Shown here piece by piece: positions 10,335 through 20,423 of a stretch of DNA of 64,000 nt. The stretch spans positions 15,559 through 79,558 of the forward strand of contig CALWJV010000006.1 in assembly GCA_944381115.1 (NCBI GenBank), in the 5' to 3' direction. Made by a program: the position numbers and the translations under genes. The DNA comes from an uncultured Clostridia bacterium (GTDB lineage: Bacteria > Bacillota > Clostridia > Oscillospirales > CAG-272). Below the pieces are notes generated by a model that worked only from the letters and a program-made list of their open reading frames with translations, had not been told where the DNA came from and did not search any database. The first letter of the stretch is position 1. Every line of letters starts with the position of its first letter.

Positions 10335-10553
10335 ATGAAAGCACGTATAGAACTCAACACAATGACTGATGTTACGGACTTCGTTGCAATAGTATCCGCT
10401 GTTCCCGGTCAGGTATACCTTTCTGACGGTAAACATCAGCAGATCTGCGCAAAATCTCAACTCGGTGCCATTCTTGCAAAAATGGAGTGGGATGAAATAT
10501 ACTGTATTTCCGACGAAGATATAAGTGGAAGCATTGTTCGTTTCATAGTTTAA
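10335..10553 (+). CDS. Small HPr-like protein lacking the His15 motif
   Basis: 72 aa, AAGGAG RBS, ICAKSQLG resembles the HPr Ser46 motif; pattern of short clostridial HPr-family proteins. Confidence 0.65.
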   Translation: MKARIELNTMTDVTDFVAIVSAVPGQVYLSDGKHQQICAKSQLGAILAKMEWDEIYCISDEDISGSIVRFIV

Positions 10554-10568
10554 CGTTTCATAGTTTAA
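10539..10568 (+). repeat. Perfect 15-bp tandem duplication spanning a stop codon
   Basis: CGTTTCATAGTTTAA twice in tandem. Confidence 0.9.
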
Positions 10569-10814
10569 TTTAAATAATTTAAAAATATAATTTGTAAACC
10601 GCTCCTGCCATTTAAATGTAACAGAGGAAAATCACTGTCACATTTATAATTTTTTAAAAAATGTCTGATGATTAATTTACGGATAGATAATCAGGCGGTT
10701 ATATTATTCAACGGCTACTTGTCGTCGGGGGTCAGTGGCTTAATAAATTTTTCAGGCAAATCTTTACTGCTCTATAAAATAGTTTAAAACTTTGCAAAAA
10801 GACAAAATTAAAGT

Positions 10815-10854
10815 AAAAGGGTATGTTTTAAAAACAGAAACATACTCTTTTTTT
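10815..10854 (+). terminator. Rho-independent terminator
   Basis: AAAAGGGTATGTTT...AAACATACTCTTTT plus T-tract. Confidence 0.7.
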
Positions 10855-10913
10855 GTATAATTTTATATCGACTGAATTACCTGTTTTTTTTTATCCGTAC
10901 TTGTCAAAAACAC

Positions 10914-10942
10914 TTGACTTTAAATATAATTTAGTGTATAAT
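10914..10942 (+). promoter_or_regulatory. Sigma-A promoter
   Basis: TTGACT-17 bp-TATAAT upstream of CDS 10996. Confidence 0.7.
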
Positions 10943-10995
10943 GTAATTAATATACAAATTTTTGTTTAACCAATAAATATACAAAGGAGAGTAAA

Positions 10996-12045
10996 ATGGC
11001 TAAGAAAAAAACTCCTTCTCCGATAAGATTTTATACTTCGCTGATTGAGCAGATAAAAACCAATAAAGTTGCCTTTGCTGTTTTTTTGGTATTAAGACTT
11101 GCGGTAATTTTGGTAATAATTCGCTGTATTGTAGATAAACGGTATGAAAGTATTTTCACAGCTGGACTTGCCCTTATCCTATTTTTAATACCCCCGTTTG
11201 TTGAAAAAAATTTTAAAATAGAACTTCCGACTGTTTTGGAAACACTTGCTTATATATTTATTTTTTGTGCTGAAATATTCGGAGAAATCAGCGGATTTTA
11301 TCAAAAATTTGCCTTTTGGGATACAATGTTACATGTGACAAACGGATTTATATTTGCAGCCGTCGGCTTTTGTCTTATAGATATAATAAACCAAAATCCC
11401 AAAATCAAATTCCGGACTTCTCCCGTATATGTTGCTATCACTGCTTTTTGTTTTTCGATGACAATAGGTGTTTTTTGGGAATTTTTTGAATTTGCCGCTG
11501 ACAGAACACTTTTAATCGATATGCAAAAAGACAGAATAATCAACTCTTTTTCTTCTTTAACTCATCCAATTGATGGTCAAATTATAGAAAACATTACAAA
11601 AACAACAATTGAATACGGCAATGGACAGATAGCGATCATCGAAAGAGGGTACCTCGACATAGGTCTTATTGATACAATTAAAGATATGTTCGTCAATTTC
11701 ATAGGAGCCGTTGTTTTCAGTGTTATAGGATATTTTTATATAAAGCACAGAGGTAAAGGTAAGATAGCAAAACAATTTATTCCGGTACTTATGCATAAAG
11801 ATAACAAAAACGATGAACTCCCGGACGAAAACCCAGATATAGACAAATATATAGCGGAAAAGTCCGCCGATGAAAATATTTCATCTGAAAACAATGTTTC
11901 AGACATACAATCAGAAAGCCCTGATTATGACAATTCTGAAGATATACCATGTGATAATGAAAAAGGCGCTGTTGATAAAGACTCTCAAATTCAAAATGAA
12001 AATACAGATTCCGAAGATTGCAGTGAAAATAGCAATAATTCTTAA
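10996..12045 (+). CDS. Integral membrane protein (YjdF/DUF2238-like) with acidic C-terminal tail
   Basis: Several TM helices, WDTMLH, WEFFEF, DTIKD motifs; last ~80 aa D/E/N/S-rich; AAAGGAG RBS. Confidence 0.7.
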   Translation: MAKKKTPSPIRFYTSLIEQIKTNKVAFAVFLVLRLAVILVIIRCIVDKRYESIFTAGLALILFLIPPFVEKNFKIELPTVLETLAYIFIFCAEIFGEISGFYQKFAFWDTMLHVTNGFIFAAVGFCLIDIINQNPKIKFRTSPVYVAITAFCFSMTIGVFWEFFEFAADRTLLIDMQKDRIINSFSSLTHPIDGQIIENITKTTIEYGNGQIAIIERGYLDIGLIDTIKDMFVNFIGAVVFSVIGYFYIKHRGKGKIAKQFIPVLMHKDNKNDELPDENPDIDKYIAEKSADENISSENNVSDIQSESPDYDNSEDIPCDNEKGAVDKDSQIQNENTDSEDCSENSNNS

Positions 12046-12055
12046 TACAATATTT

Positions 12056-12094
12056 AAAATAAAGCGGATCGCTCAACGCGATCCGCTTTATTTT
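12056..12094. terminator. Bidirectional Rho-independent terminator
   Basis: Perfect 17-bp inverted repeat AAAATAAAGCGGATCGC/GCGATCCGCTTTATTTT between convergent genes. Confidence 0.85.
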
Positions 12095-12195
12095 ATTTGA
12101 CTGTCACCCAATCATTATCAACCTTTTAAACTTTTCAAGATATTTCGGTACGTATTCAATTATAAATATCTGTATTTTTGATTACTTATAACTTT

Positions 12196-13518
12196 CTAAC
12201 CTGTTTTTTCTGAATTTTCCGGATACCCGCCGGTCTTAAGAATTATCTCCGGCTTTGCCTTATTATTAACGGTATCATCGGTTATAATAACCTTCTCAAC
12301 ATCATTTCTTGAAGGTATCTCGTACATAATATCGAGCATTGTCTCTTCAATTATCGCCCGCAAACCGCGCGCTCCTGTGTTTCTTTCAATAGACTTTTCC
12401 GAAATAGCTTTAAGTGCACTGTCAGTAAATTCAAGGTCTACTTTATCAAGACTGAACAGTTTCTTATATTGTTTTACAAGTGAATTTTTAGGCTCTATCA
12501 GTATCCTGATCAATGCATTCTCATCAAGGCTGTCAAGACTTACTATTATCGGCAGACGACCGACAAGTTCAGGTATCAGTCCGAATTTTACCACATCTTG
12601 TGGTATTACATCTTTATAAGGCGAATTTGAAAGTTTTTCCGCTTTTGTCATTATTGTACTGTTAAATCCAATGGCAGATCCGCCTTTACGCGTCTCAACT
12701 ATATCCTGAATCGTATCAAATGCTCCGCCGCATATAAACAGTATATTTTCAGTATTTATTCTTATAAATTCCTGATTCGGGTGCTTTCTTCCCCCCTGCG
12801 GAGGAACATTTGCAACCGTACCCTCAAGTATTTTAAGAAGTGCCTGCTGTACTCCTTCACCGGAAACATCTCTGGTAATAGATCGGTTTTCGGAACGTCT
12901 TGAAATCTTGTCTATTTCGTCGATATATATGATTCCCATTTCGGCAAGTTCTATATTATAGTCTGCCGCCTGAATAAGTCTTAAAAGTATATTTTCAACA
13001 TCTTCTCCGACATACCCTGCTTCGGTCAGCGTTGTAGCATCTGCTATTGCAAACGGTACTTTTAACGTTTTGGCAAGAGTCTGAGCAAGATAGGTCTTCC
13101 CCACTCCTGTGGGGCCGAGAAGAAGAACATTGCTCTTTTGAATTTCCACATCGTCACTGTTCCTCTTTTTATTACCTGTTTTTTTGCTGCCAAATGAAGT
13201 TGAAGGGCTTTGTAAAATCCTTTTATAGTGATTGTAAACTGCTACGGAAAGCGCTTTTTTCGCATCTTCCTGACCTATTACATAATCATCAAGTATCTTC
13301 TTTATTGTCTTGGGTCTCGGAAGTGTTTCGTAATTCAATGCGGAAACATTTCCGCTTACTTCTACCTCACTTATAATTTCATTACAGGTTTCTACACAGT
13401 TATTGCATATATAAAGACCTGTCGGGGATGGGATCAAAAAATTTACCTGATGCTCATTTCTTCCGCAAAAAATGCAATGCCTTGCAGACGAATTTCCTGG
13501 TGTACGATTATTTGCCAT
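12196..13518 (-). CDS. clpX: ATP-dependent Clp protease ATP-binding subunit ClpX
   Basis: N-terminal CxxC zinc finger, [36 protein letters not shown] loop. Confidence 0.98.
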   Translation of the reverse strand: MANNRTPGNSSARHCIFCGRNEHQVNFLIPSPTGLYICNNCVETCNEIISEVEVSGNVSALNYETLPRPKTIKKILDDYVIGQEDAKKALSVAVYNHYKRILQSPSTSFGSKKTGNKKRNSDDVEIQKSNVLLLGPTGVGKTYLAQTLAKTLKVPFAIADATTLTEAGYVGEDVENILLRLIQAADYNIELAEMGIIYIDEIDKISRRSENRSITRDVSGEGVQQALLKILEGTVANVPPQGGRKHPNQEFIRINTENILFICGGAFDTIQDIVETRKGGSAIGFNSTIMTKAEKLSNSPYKDVIPQDVVKFGLIPELVGRLPIIVSLDSLDENALIRILIEPKNSLVKQYKKLFSLDKVDLEFTDSALKAISEKSIERNTGARGLRAIIEETMLDIMYEIPSRNDVEKVIITDDTVNNKAKPEIILKTGGYPENSEKTG

Positions 13519-13637
13519 TATTCGGGTGTTTCCTTTCTAAATAAGGTCTGTTCAAGTTTAAAAATCAGTAAATACCGTATATTTCAAAGGCTTTAAAACC
13601 TTGACATACATCGCACAGACACCGCCTTGAAAAAAGA

Positions 13638-14222
13638 TCAACTTCTCTTTTCTATAACTTTATCAACTAGACCGTATTCCATTGCCTCCTGTGCGGTAAG
13701 GAAATTATCTCTGTCGGTATCCTTTTCTATAATTGAAAGTGGCTTTCCGGTATTTGCGGCAAGTATCCTATTAAGTTTATCCTTTGTACGTAAAATATGT
13801 TCGGAATGTATTTTTATATCAGACGCCTGACCTTGAAATCCTCCGAGAGGCTGATGAATCATTATCTCACTGTTCGGAAGGGCAAAACGCTTTCCTTTTG
13901 CACCGGCAGAAAGTAAAAACGCACCCATGCTTGCTGCCATACCGACACATATTGTTGATACATCACATTTAATAAAATTCATTGTATCGTATATGGCAAG
14001 ACCAGCGGAAACGGAACCGCCGGGACTGTTTATATAAAATGAAATATCCTTATCTGCATCCTGTGATTCAAGGAATAAAAGTTGTGCGACTACAAGAGAC
14101 GCTGTTACGTCGTTTACATCCTCAGAAAGAAAAATGATTCTGTCGGTAAGCAGGCGAGAATAAATATCGTAGGCACGCTCGCCGTGGTTAGTTTGTTGTA
14201 TTACGGTTGGTACAAGAGCCAT
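13638..14222 (-). CDS. clpP: ATP-dependent Clp protease proteolytic subunit
   Basis: [40 protein letters not shown]. Confidence 0.98.
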   Translation of the reverse strand: MALVPTVIQQTNHGERAYDIYSRLLTDRIIFLSEDVNDVTASLVVAQLLFLESQDADKDISFYINSPGGSVSAGLAIYDTMNFIKCDVSTICVGMAASMGAFLLSAGAKGKRFALPNSEIMIHQPLGGFQGQASDIKIHSEHILRTKDKLNRILAANTGKPLSIIEKDTDRDNFLTAQEAMEYGLVDKVIEKRS

Positions 14223-14326
14223 ATGTTTTTACCGTCCCTTTCTTATTTTTATTATTTTTTATGTTTTTAATGTTTCAATTAATAATGCTTTTTATCTCAA
14301 ACTGTTTTATTTTATTTATAGGGTAT

Positions 14327-14359
14327 AGGACGGCGGTAAAAATATTTCACCGCCGTCCT
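14327..14359 (-). terminator. Stem-loop between tig and clpP (terminator or processing site)
   Basis: AGGACGGCGGT...ACCGCCGTCCT inverted repeat; weak U-tract on the minus strand. Confidence 0.5.
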
Positions 14360-14426
14360 TGATTATAACTTTATGTTATTTGTTTTATTCATCCAGCATA
14401 CCTGATTTTTATTTTTCTCTATCTGC

Positions 14427-15746
14427 TTAAACTGTTTCGGATTCAGAATTCTTTTCTTCGGCTTTCTTTTCCGTTACTACCGCATTATCCTTTACAAACT
14501 TAAGAGCAGTCTGAATATCAAGATCTGCAGCAATATCTTCCTTTGCAACTGCCTCTTTGACTTTTTCGACTTCCATGGAATATGCAGTAGCCAAACGATT
14601 GTATTCAGCCTCTATTTCTTCATCAGTTGCTTTGATACCTTCCGCTTTTACTACTGCTTCAAGTGCAAGACGAACTTTTACAGAGCGTTCTGCACGGGGA
14701 CGGAAGTTTTCACGGAGTTGGTCAAGGGTTTGGTTAGTATATTTAAAATATGTGTTAAGATCAAGCCCGTTTGAACGAAGTTGCATATCGTATTCTCGGA
14801 TTTGATTTTCCACTTCATTGGTAAACATTGAATCCGGAATATCTGCCTCCATGTTTTCGATAAGGGCATCAAGTATTCTGTTTTCTGTGATCTGATCTGT
14901 TGTCTTAACCATTCTTTCAGTTATCTTTGCTCGTATATCTGCTTTATATTCATCAAGAGTATCAAAAGACATATCTTTTGCAAATTCATCGTCAAGTTCA
15001 GGAAGTTCTTCCTTCGTTATACCGTGGAGTTTGCACTTAAATACCGCTTCTTTGCCTGCAAGTTCTTTTGCACCGTAATCGGCTGGGAATGTTACGTTTA
15101 CATCAAATTCTTCGCCTATGTTCTTTCCGGCGACCTGCTCTTCAAAGCCGGGGATAAACTGACCTGATCCAAGTTTAAGTTTGTGGTGCTCTCCTTTTCC
15201 GCCTTCAAACGGTACTCCGTCTACAAAGCCTTCATAATCTATGTCCGCGGTGTCTCCCATTTCGGAAGCACGGTCAGTAACTTCGACTTCTCTTGCGCCT
15301 CTCTGCTGTGCGGCTTTTATATCGGCATCGACCATTTCATCTGTTACTTCAATGGGATCTTTTTCCGCTTTAAGTCCTTTATATTCTTTAAGTGTTACCT
15401 CTGGCTTTACGTCAACGGTCGCTTTAAGCACTGCGTCTTCGCCGTCATTAACGGATACTATCTCAAATTCGGGACGTGACACGACAGAAAGACCTGCTTC
15501 TTTTATTGCCGCTTCATAAGTATCGGGAAGAAGGTTGTTTATTGCGTCGTCTACGAATACTCCCTTTCCGTAAAGCTTTCTGACCATTGCAAGAGATGCC
15601 TTTCCTTTACGGAATCCGGGTATATTCATCTTGCCGATCTCTTTTTTATAAACTTTTTCGATCTCCGCATCGAGAGCGGTTCTTTCTATACCGATCTGGA
15701 GTTCTACGCGGTTTTTCTCAAGTTTTTCTGTTTTAATAAGACTCAT
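14427..15746 (-). CDS. tig: Trigger factor
   Basis: IPGFRKGK ribosome-binding motif, FKBP domain FIPGFEEQ, ELDDEFAK; tig-clpP-clpX synteny. Confidence 0.97.
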   Translation of the reverse strand: MSLIKTEKLEKNRVELQIGIERTALDAEIEKVYKKEIGKMNIPGFRKGKASLAMVRKLYGKGVFVDDAINNLLPDTYEAAIKEAGLSVVSRPEFEIVSVNDGEDAVLKATVDVKPEVTLKEYKGLKAEKDPIEVTDEMVDADIKAAQQRGAREVEVTDRASEMGDTADIDYEGFVDGVPFEGGKGEHHKLKLGSGQFIPGFEEQVAGKNIGEEFDVNVTFPADYGAKELAGKEAVFKCKLHGITKEELPELDDEFAKDMSFDTLDEYKADIRAKITERMVKTTDQITENRILDALIENMEADIPDSMFTNEVENQIREYDMQLRSNGLDLNTYFKYTNQTLDQLRENFRPRAERSVKVRLALEAVVKAEGIKATDEEIEAEYNRLATAYSMEVEKVKEAVAKEDIAADLDIQTALKFVKDNAVVTEKKAEEKNSESETV

Positions 15747-15840
15747 TTTTATACTTCGTCGCCGGAAATATTATGAAGCAGCGACGCTCCTTTCGTTTTT
15801 ACAATTCCTTATATGATTTTCATTATTATATGCTTTTTTG

Positions 15841-15869
15841 ATTTTACTATTTTTTAATGAAAAAGTCAA
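15841..15869 (-). promoter_or_regulatory. Putative sigma-A promoter of tig
   Basis: Minus strand TTGACT-17 bp-TAAAAT. Confidence 0.55.
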
Positions 15870-15972
15870 CTGTTTTTATTCAAAATTAATACTTCGTCAA
15901 CAAATTATTTAATTATATTCTCTCTTTAAAAAATAAATGACCTGTTTTTGAGATTTATGAATGTTTTTGATA

Positions 15973-16677
15973 CTAATTTATTTTCATGGGTGTAAAATCA
16001 AGATAATCTGCAGAAATAATTGTAAATTTTATCCCTTCAAACTCAAAAAACGGCGGCATATCGTATCTTCCATGAATATGGCCGTAATAGCAGTCCTTTA
16101 CACTGTATTTTTTCAAAATGTCAACAATCTCTCTGCACAAAAAATCATTCAGCACCGGCGGAAAATGGAAAAATACAAGTTTTTTTGCATTACCCGGATA
16201 TTTTGAGGCAGCAGAGAGACTTAAATTAAGTCTGCCCGCTTCCCTTGCAACTATCTTTTGATAATCAGAGTTTCCCGGCATATTTTTTTCGTCACTGTAC
16301 CAACCTCGGCTTCCGCATATAACCGTGTTTTCTTCAAAATATGCGTTATTATAAAGTATTTTTATTGTTTCAATGCTGTTTTTTTCAAAAAACTTCTCTA
16401 TTTTTGATAAAGTCCCCCACCAATAGTCGTGGTTACCCTTGCCTATTATTTTTTTCCCCGGCAGCGAGTCAAGAAGCAAAAGATCTGCTCTTGCTTCTTC
16501 CATACTCATTCCCCAGGATATATCTCCGGGAATTATAACTGTATCATCTTTTCCCACAGTTTTTATCCAGTTATTTTTGAGTTTTTCAGTCCAATTATTC
16601 CAACGTAAGCCGAAAATGTCCATTGGCTTTGATACGCTTTCGGACAAATGCGTATCGGCTATTGCAAATACAGACAT
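15973..16677 (-). CDS. Calcineurin-like metallophosphoesterase
   Basis: ADTHLS, PGDISW, GNHDYWW, HFPP, YGHIH. Confidence 0.9.
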   Translation of the reverse strand: MSVFAIADTHLSESVSKPMDIFGLRWNNWTEKLKNNWIKTVGKDDTVIIPGDISWGMSMEEARADLLLLDSLPGKKIIGKGNHDYWWGTLSKIEKFFEKNSIETIKILYNNAYFEENTVICGSRGWYSDEKNMPGNSDYQKIVAREAGRLNLSLSAASKYPGNAKKLVFFHFPPVLNDFLCREIVDILKKYSVKDCYYGHIHGRYDMPPFFEFEGIKFTIISADYLDFTPMKIN

Positions 16678-16764
16678 GATTTTCCTTTCTATTTCTCAAA
16701 AACGGATAATTGCCTTTTTTTCGGAAATAATATTTTAAAATACTTCATTAAGCGAGGGTTAAAA

Positions 16765-16959
16765 ATGGATAACGGAAAAAAACAGAATAAACCGATAAAA
16801 AATGTAGCATGTGACGTAATCAGTTGCGCTTACCACGACGGTATAAGCAGTTGCACCGCAAAACAAATTTCAATAGGACCGTTCGAAGCACAAAATTGCT
16901 ATGATACGGTTTGTGCAACATACAAGCCGCGACAGCAGACACAAAACTTTCAAGATTGA
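16765..16959 (+). CDS. DUF1540-like small Cys-rich protein
   Basis: CDVISCAYH...CTAKQISIG...CATY pattern; ATG 16765 after GAGG. Confidence 0.75.
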   Translation: MDNGKKQNKPIKNVACDVISCAYHDGISSCTAKQISIGPFEAQNCYDTVCATYKPRQQTQNFQD

Positions 16960-16962
16960 TTT

Positions 16963-18456
16963 TTAAAGTATTCCGGTAACAGCTTCAGCCATTTTGCCGC
17001 TTTCAATTACTTTTGTAAATCGTACCGGCTTTTTGTCAAGATCTGCAAGCGGCGCTGTTACCGGTACACCGGTAAGTGCAGAAAGCGCTTCAATAGCCGC
17101 AGTTCCTTCCGGTGCAGGGCTGTTTTCCAAGGCACTGTAAACGGACGAAGCAAATTTGTAAGGACTTGCCGTTGAGGCAATTACAATACGATTTGCGGCG
17201 TTTTTTCCCGCGGCGGCAAGATACTGTACCGCACAGTTTATACCGACAGAGGAATGTGTATCCGCAAGATAGTTATAACCGCAGTAAAGGTCTTTAATAG
17301 TTTTTGCGGTACCCTCTTCATCGCAGAAATATCCGACAAAATCATTTTTTATTTTAGCTATTATTTCTTCGCTTACCTGATATTTTCCGGTATTTTTTAA
17401 TTGTTCCATATATTCTCCCGTTGCTTCATATCCGGCAACAAGATATAAAAGACGCTCGAGGTTAGAAGAAATAAGAATATCCATTGACGGCGACATTGTA
17501 GTATGGAATATGCGGTTTCTGTCATAAATACCGGTATTTAAAAAATCTGTAAGTACATTGTTTTTATTTGATGCACAGACTAGTTTATTTACCGGAAGAC
17601 CCATTTGCTTGGCAATATATGCAGCAAAGATATTGCCGAAATTTCCGGTCGGAACGCAGATATCTATTTTTTCACCGTTTGTAATATCACCGTTTGAAAT
17701 AAGATCACAGTATGCGGAGATATAATACACTACCTGCGGCACAAGTCTGCCCCAGTTTATGGAGTTTGCAGACGAGAAAAAATACCCTTTTTCATCAAGC
17801 GTCTTTTGCATTACGGCATTGGAAAAGATCTTTTTGACACCGTTTTGAGCATCGTCAAAGTTACCTTTAACGGCGATGACTTCTACGTTTTTTCCTTCCT
17901 GTGTAGCCATTTGAAGTTTTTGTACACGGCTTACACCGTCAACAGGATAAAATACCGCAATTTTGACTCCGTCAACGTCTTTGTACCCTTCAAGTGCTGC
18001 TTTTCCGGTATCGCCGGAGGTGGCGACCAATATAAGAGCGGTTCTTTTTTCACCGGTCTTTTTAAGTGCTCTCACAAAGAGTTTGGGCATTATTTGAAGT
18101 GCCATATCCTTGAATGCCACCGTCGGACCATGCCAAAGTTCAAGCACTCTCATTTTTTCCCCGATAGCAGCCACGGGTGCCGCTCCTCCGGGAAACCTTG
18201 CCTCACTGTACGCATCCGAGCAATCTAAAAGGAGTTCGCAGTATGTATAGTCCGTTAAAAATTTCGAAAGAACCGTTGCCGCTCTTTCAGAATAATTCAT
18301 TGACGCAAGTTTTTCTATCTCTCCGTCTTCAAGGATCGGAAATTTTTCCGGCATATACAGTCCGCCGTCCGGTGCAAGCCCCTGTTTTATCGCACCTGCG
18401 GCCGTTGTAGGTTCTCCGTTTACGATCCCGTATCCTCTTGTACTTATGTAGTTCAT
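16963..18456 (-). CDS. thrC: Threonine synthase
   Basis: YISTRG, GLAPDGGLY, HGPTVAFKD (PLP Lys), ATSGDTG, VPTGNFGN. Confidence 0.96.
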   Translation of the reverse strand: MNYISTRGYGIVNGEPTTAAGAIKQGLAPDGGLYMPEKFPILEDGEIEKLASMNYSERAATVLSKFLTDYTYCELLLDCSDAYSEARFPGGAAPVAAIGEKMRVLELWHGPTVAFKDMALQIMPKLFVRALKKTGEKRTALILVATSGDTGKAALEGYKDVDGVKIAVFYPVDGVSRVQKLQMATQEGKNVEVIAVKGNFDDAQNGVKKIFSNAVMQKTLDEKGYFFSSANSINWGRLVPQVVYYISAYCDLISNGDITNGEKIDICVPTGNFGNIFAAYIAKQMGLPVNKLVCASNKNNVLTDFLNTGIYDRNRIFHTTMSPSMDILISSNLERLLYLVAGYEATGEYMEQLKNTGKYQVSEEIIAKIKNDFVGYFCDEEGTAKTIKDLYCGYNYLADTHSSVGINCAVQYLAAAGKNAANRIVIASTASPYKFASSVYSALENSPAPEGTAAIEALSALTGVPVTAPLADLDKKPVRFTKVIESGKMAEAVTGIL

Positions 18457-18542
18457 TTTACTTCAAAACCTTTCTGTGTTTTATTTTTTATTCACCATAT
18501 AGATATGCTTTTCACATTATTTTTTCTTGCCATTTAATATTT

Positions 18543-19331
18543 TCAGTTATCAGGAAGATATTTAAGTGATTTTAAAAATGCAAGTGTCTTAAATTCTTTG
18601 TCTATGTGATTTACGAGATATTTCTCACAATACTCTGCAAAAATCTGATACCTTTCCGGACTTAATTCAAAAGAAAGGTATCTTTTTGCGTTTGAATACG
18701 ATACATACCTCATAGCATTAAGAAGTTCTTTATCAAGAAGCATCAACAATGCAGTATGTCCTTCGCGTATACCTGTCAATGCGTTGTGTTTTCTATGACA
18801 TTCGTCACAGTGCATAACGCCGTCCATTACATCAAGATACATTATTTCCGATTCTTCTTTTCCGCATTCACTGCAACAAACAAGATCGGGCGTAAATCCA
18901 CAGACTGCTGCCGTACGGAGTTCAAATGCCGCTTTGATTATCTGTCGCGGCTTAAGATTTCTGTCAAGTGCATAAAGGGTATTAAGGATAAGTTGGAGCA
19001 TCTCGCTTTCATCGCTGTTTTCAACGCACACTTCGTTTGCAACTTCGCATATGTACAGTGACGTTGCCGTATCTTCAAGACTTGTCCTTATGTTTGAAAA
19101 GCCCTCAAGTTCACGTGCCTCACGGACCCATGGCCGTCCCCCTCTGTCAGCAGTAATGAATTCGCTGTAACACATCGGCATACATGCACCTGATGCTTTG
19201 TTTTTAAGGCTTGACCCGCCCTTTAAAAGAACCGATATCTTACCGTATTCTGCCGTAAGAACAGAGAGCAGTTTATCGTTTTCTCCCCATGTCGTATCCG
19301 ACAAAACAAGTCCTTTAAAATTTGATAGCAT
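18543..19331 (-). CDS. recO: DNA repair protein RecO
   Basis: GENDKLLSVLTAEYGKI, two CxxC zinc motifs; follows era. Confidence 0.93.
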   Translation of the reverse strand: MLSNFKGLVLSDTTWGENDKLLSVLTAEYGKISVLLKGGSSLKNKASGACMPMCYSEFITADRGGRPWVREARELEGFSNIRTSLEDTATSLYICEVANEVCVENSDESEMLQLILNTLYALDRNLKPRQIIKAAFELRTAAVCGFTPDLVCCSECGKEESEIMYLDVMDGVMHCDECHRKHNALTGIREGHTALLMLLDKELLNAMRYVSYSNAKRYLSFELSPERYQIFAEYCEKYLVNHIDKEFKTLAFLKSLKYLPDN

Positions 19332-19379
19332 AAATATTTCACCCGATTTGGCATTTTTACATTAAAGCAATCTTAAATG

Positions 19380-20273
19380 CTATTTTTCATCCATACCTTT
19401 AAACCCGAAGTTGTTCAAAAGCACATCGCTGTTACGCCAATTTTCTTTTACTTTGACCCAAAGATCAAGAAACACCTTTATACCGAAAAATTTTTCGATA
19501 TCTTCTCTGGCACGGCTCCCTATAAGTTTCAGCATTGCTCCGTTTTTTCCGATTATTATGCTCTTATGGGAGTTTTTTTCACAAAATATTTCGGCACGGA
19601 TTTTTAAAATTTTTTCACTTTCTTTAAACTCCTCTATTACAACTGCTGTTCCGTGAGGGATTTCGTCTTCAATAGTACGCAGTATCTTTTCTCTTATTAT
19701 TTCGGCCGCAATCACCTTTTCCGGCTGATCTGTTATTGCGTCTTCCGGAAAGAACCATTCCCCTTCATTTATAAACTTGTCCACTTCTGACAAAAGAATA
19801 TCGATACCTTTGTTTTTTATTGCAGAAATCGGTACCACAGCATCAAAGCAGTGTTCTAATGAATAAATCTTTATGGTATCTCCTATTATCTCCGGATTTG
19901 TTCTGTCTGTTTTATTTATTGCAAGGATAGACGGAAGCCCGGTACTCTTTATCTTCTCTATCAGGAAATGTTCAATTTCTCCACAATTTGCCACAGGTTC
20001 CACCATAAGTATAACAGCATCCACTCCGGCAAAAGCGCTGTTCGTTTCCCATACCATTCTGTCACCGAGTTTTGTCTTTGGTTTATGCATACCTGGGGTA
20101 TCCATAAATACATACTGAATTTCGCCTTTTGTAAGTATACCGGTTATCTTATTTCGTGTTGTCTGGGTTTTTTTTGATACTATGGCAAGTTTTTCTCCAA
20201 CGAGGGTATTGAGAAGGGTGGATTTGCCGACATTCGGTCTACCGACTATCGCTATAAAACCTGTTTTTTTCAT
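19380..20273 (-). CDS. era: GTPase Era
   Basis: GRPNVGKSTL, QTTR, DTPG, NKTD, KH motif IIGKNGAMLK. Confidence 0.97.
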   Translation of the reverse strand: MKKTGFIAIVGRPNVGKSTLLNTLVGEKLAIVSKKTQTTRNKITGILTKGEIQYVFMDTPGMHKPKTKLGDRMVWETNSAFAGVDAVILMVEPVANCGEIEHFLIEKIKSTGLPSILAINKTDRTNPEIIGDTIKIYSLEHCFDAVVPISAIKNKGIDILLSEVDKFINEGEWFFPEDAITDQPEKVIAAEIIREKILRTIEDEIPHGTAVVIEEFKESEKILKIRAEIFCEKNSHKSIIIGKNGAMLKLIGSRAREDIEKFFGIKVFLDLWVKVKENWRNSDVLLNNFGFKGMDEK

Positions 20274-20423
20274 TTTATTTATTTTTCCGTTTCGTTGTTT
20301 TCTTTTTTTCGCTATACACTATAATTCATATACATTTTTCATCATAAACAATGTAACATTATTTTTTGCAGGCAAAACATACAAAAATGAATTTTTCAGA
20401 TGCACTGTCAGTATAATGCAAGT

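Noticed and set aside
10705-10745. Possible c-di-GMP-I riboswitch or rolling-circle origin
   Set aside because: Only partial resemblance; the GGCAAA/GAAA P1-P2 architecture and the exact nick motif are missing, and there is no rep gene
11800-12045. Acidic low-complexity tail of the membrane protein
   Set aside because: No exact repeat unit at DNA level; similar acidic termini occur on other proteins in this window
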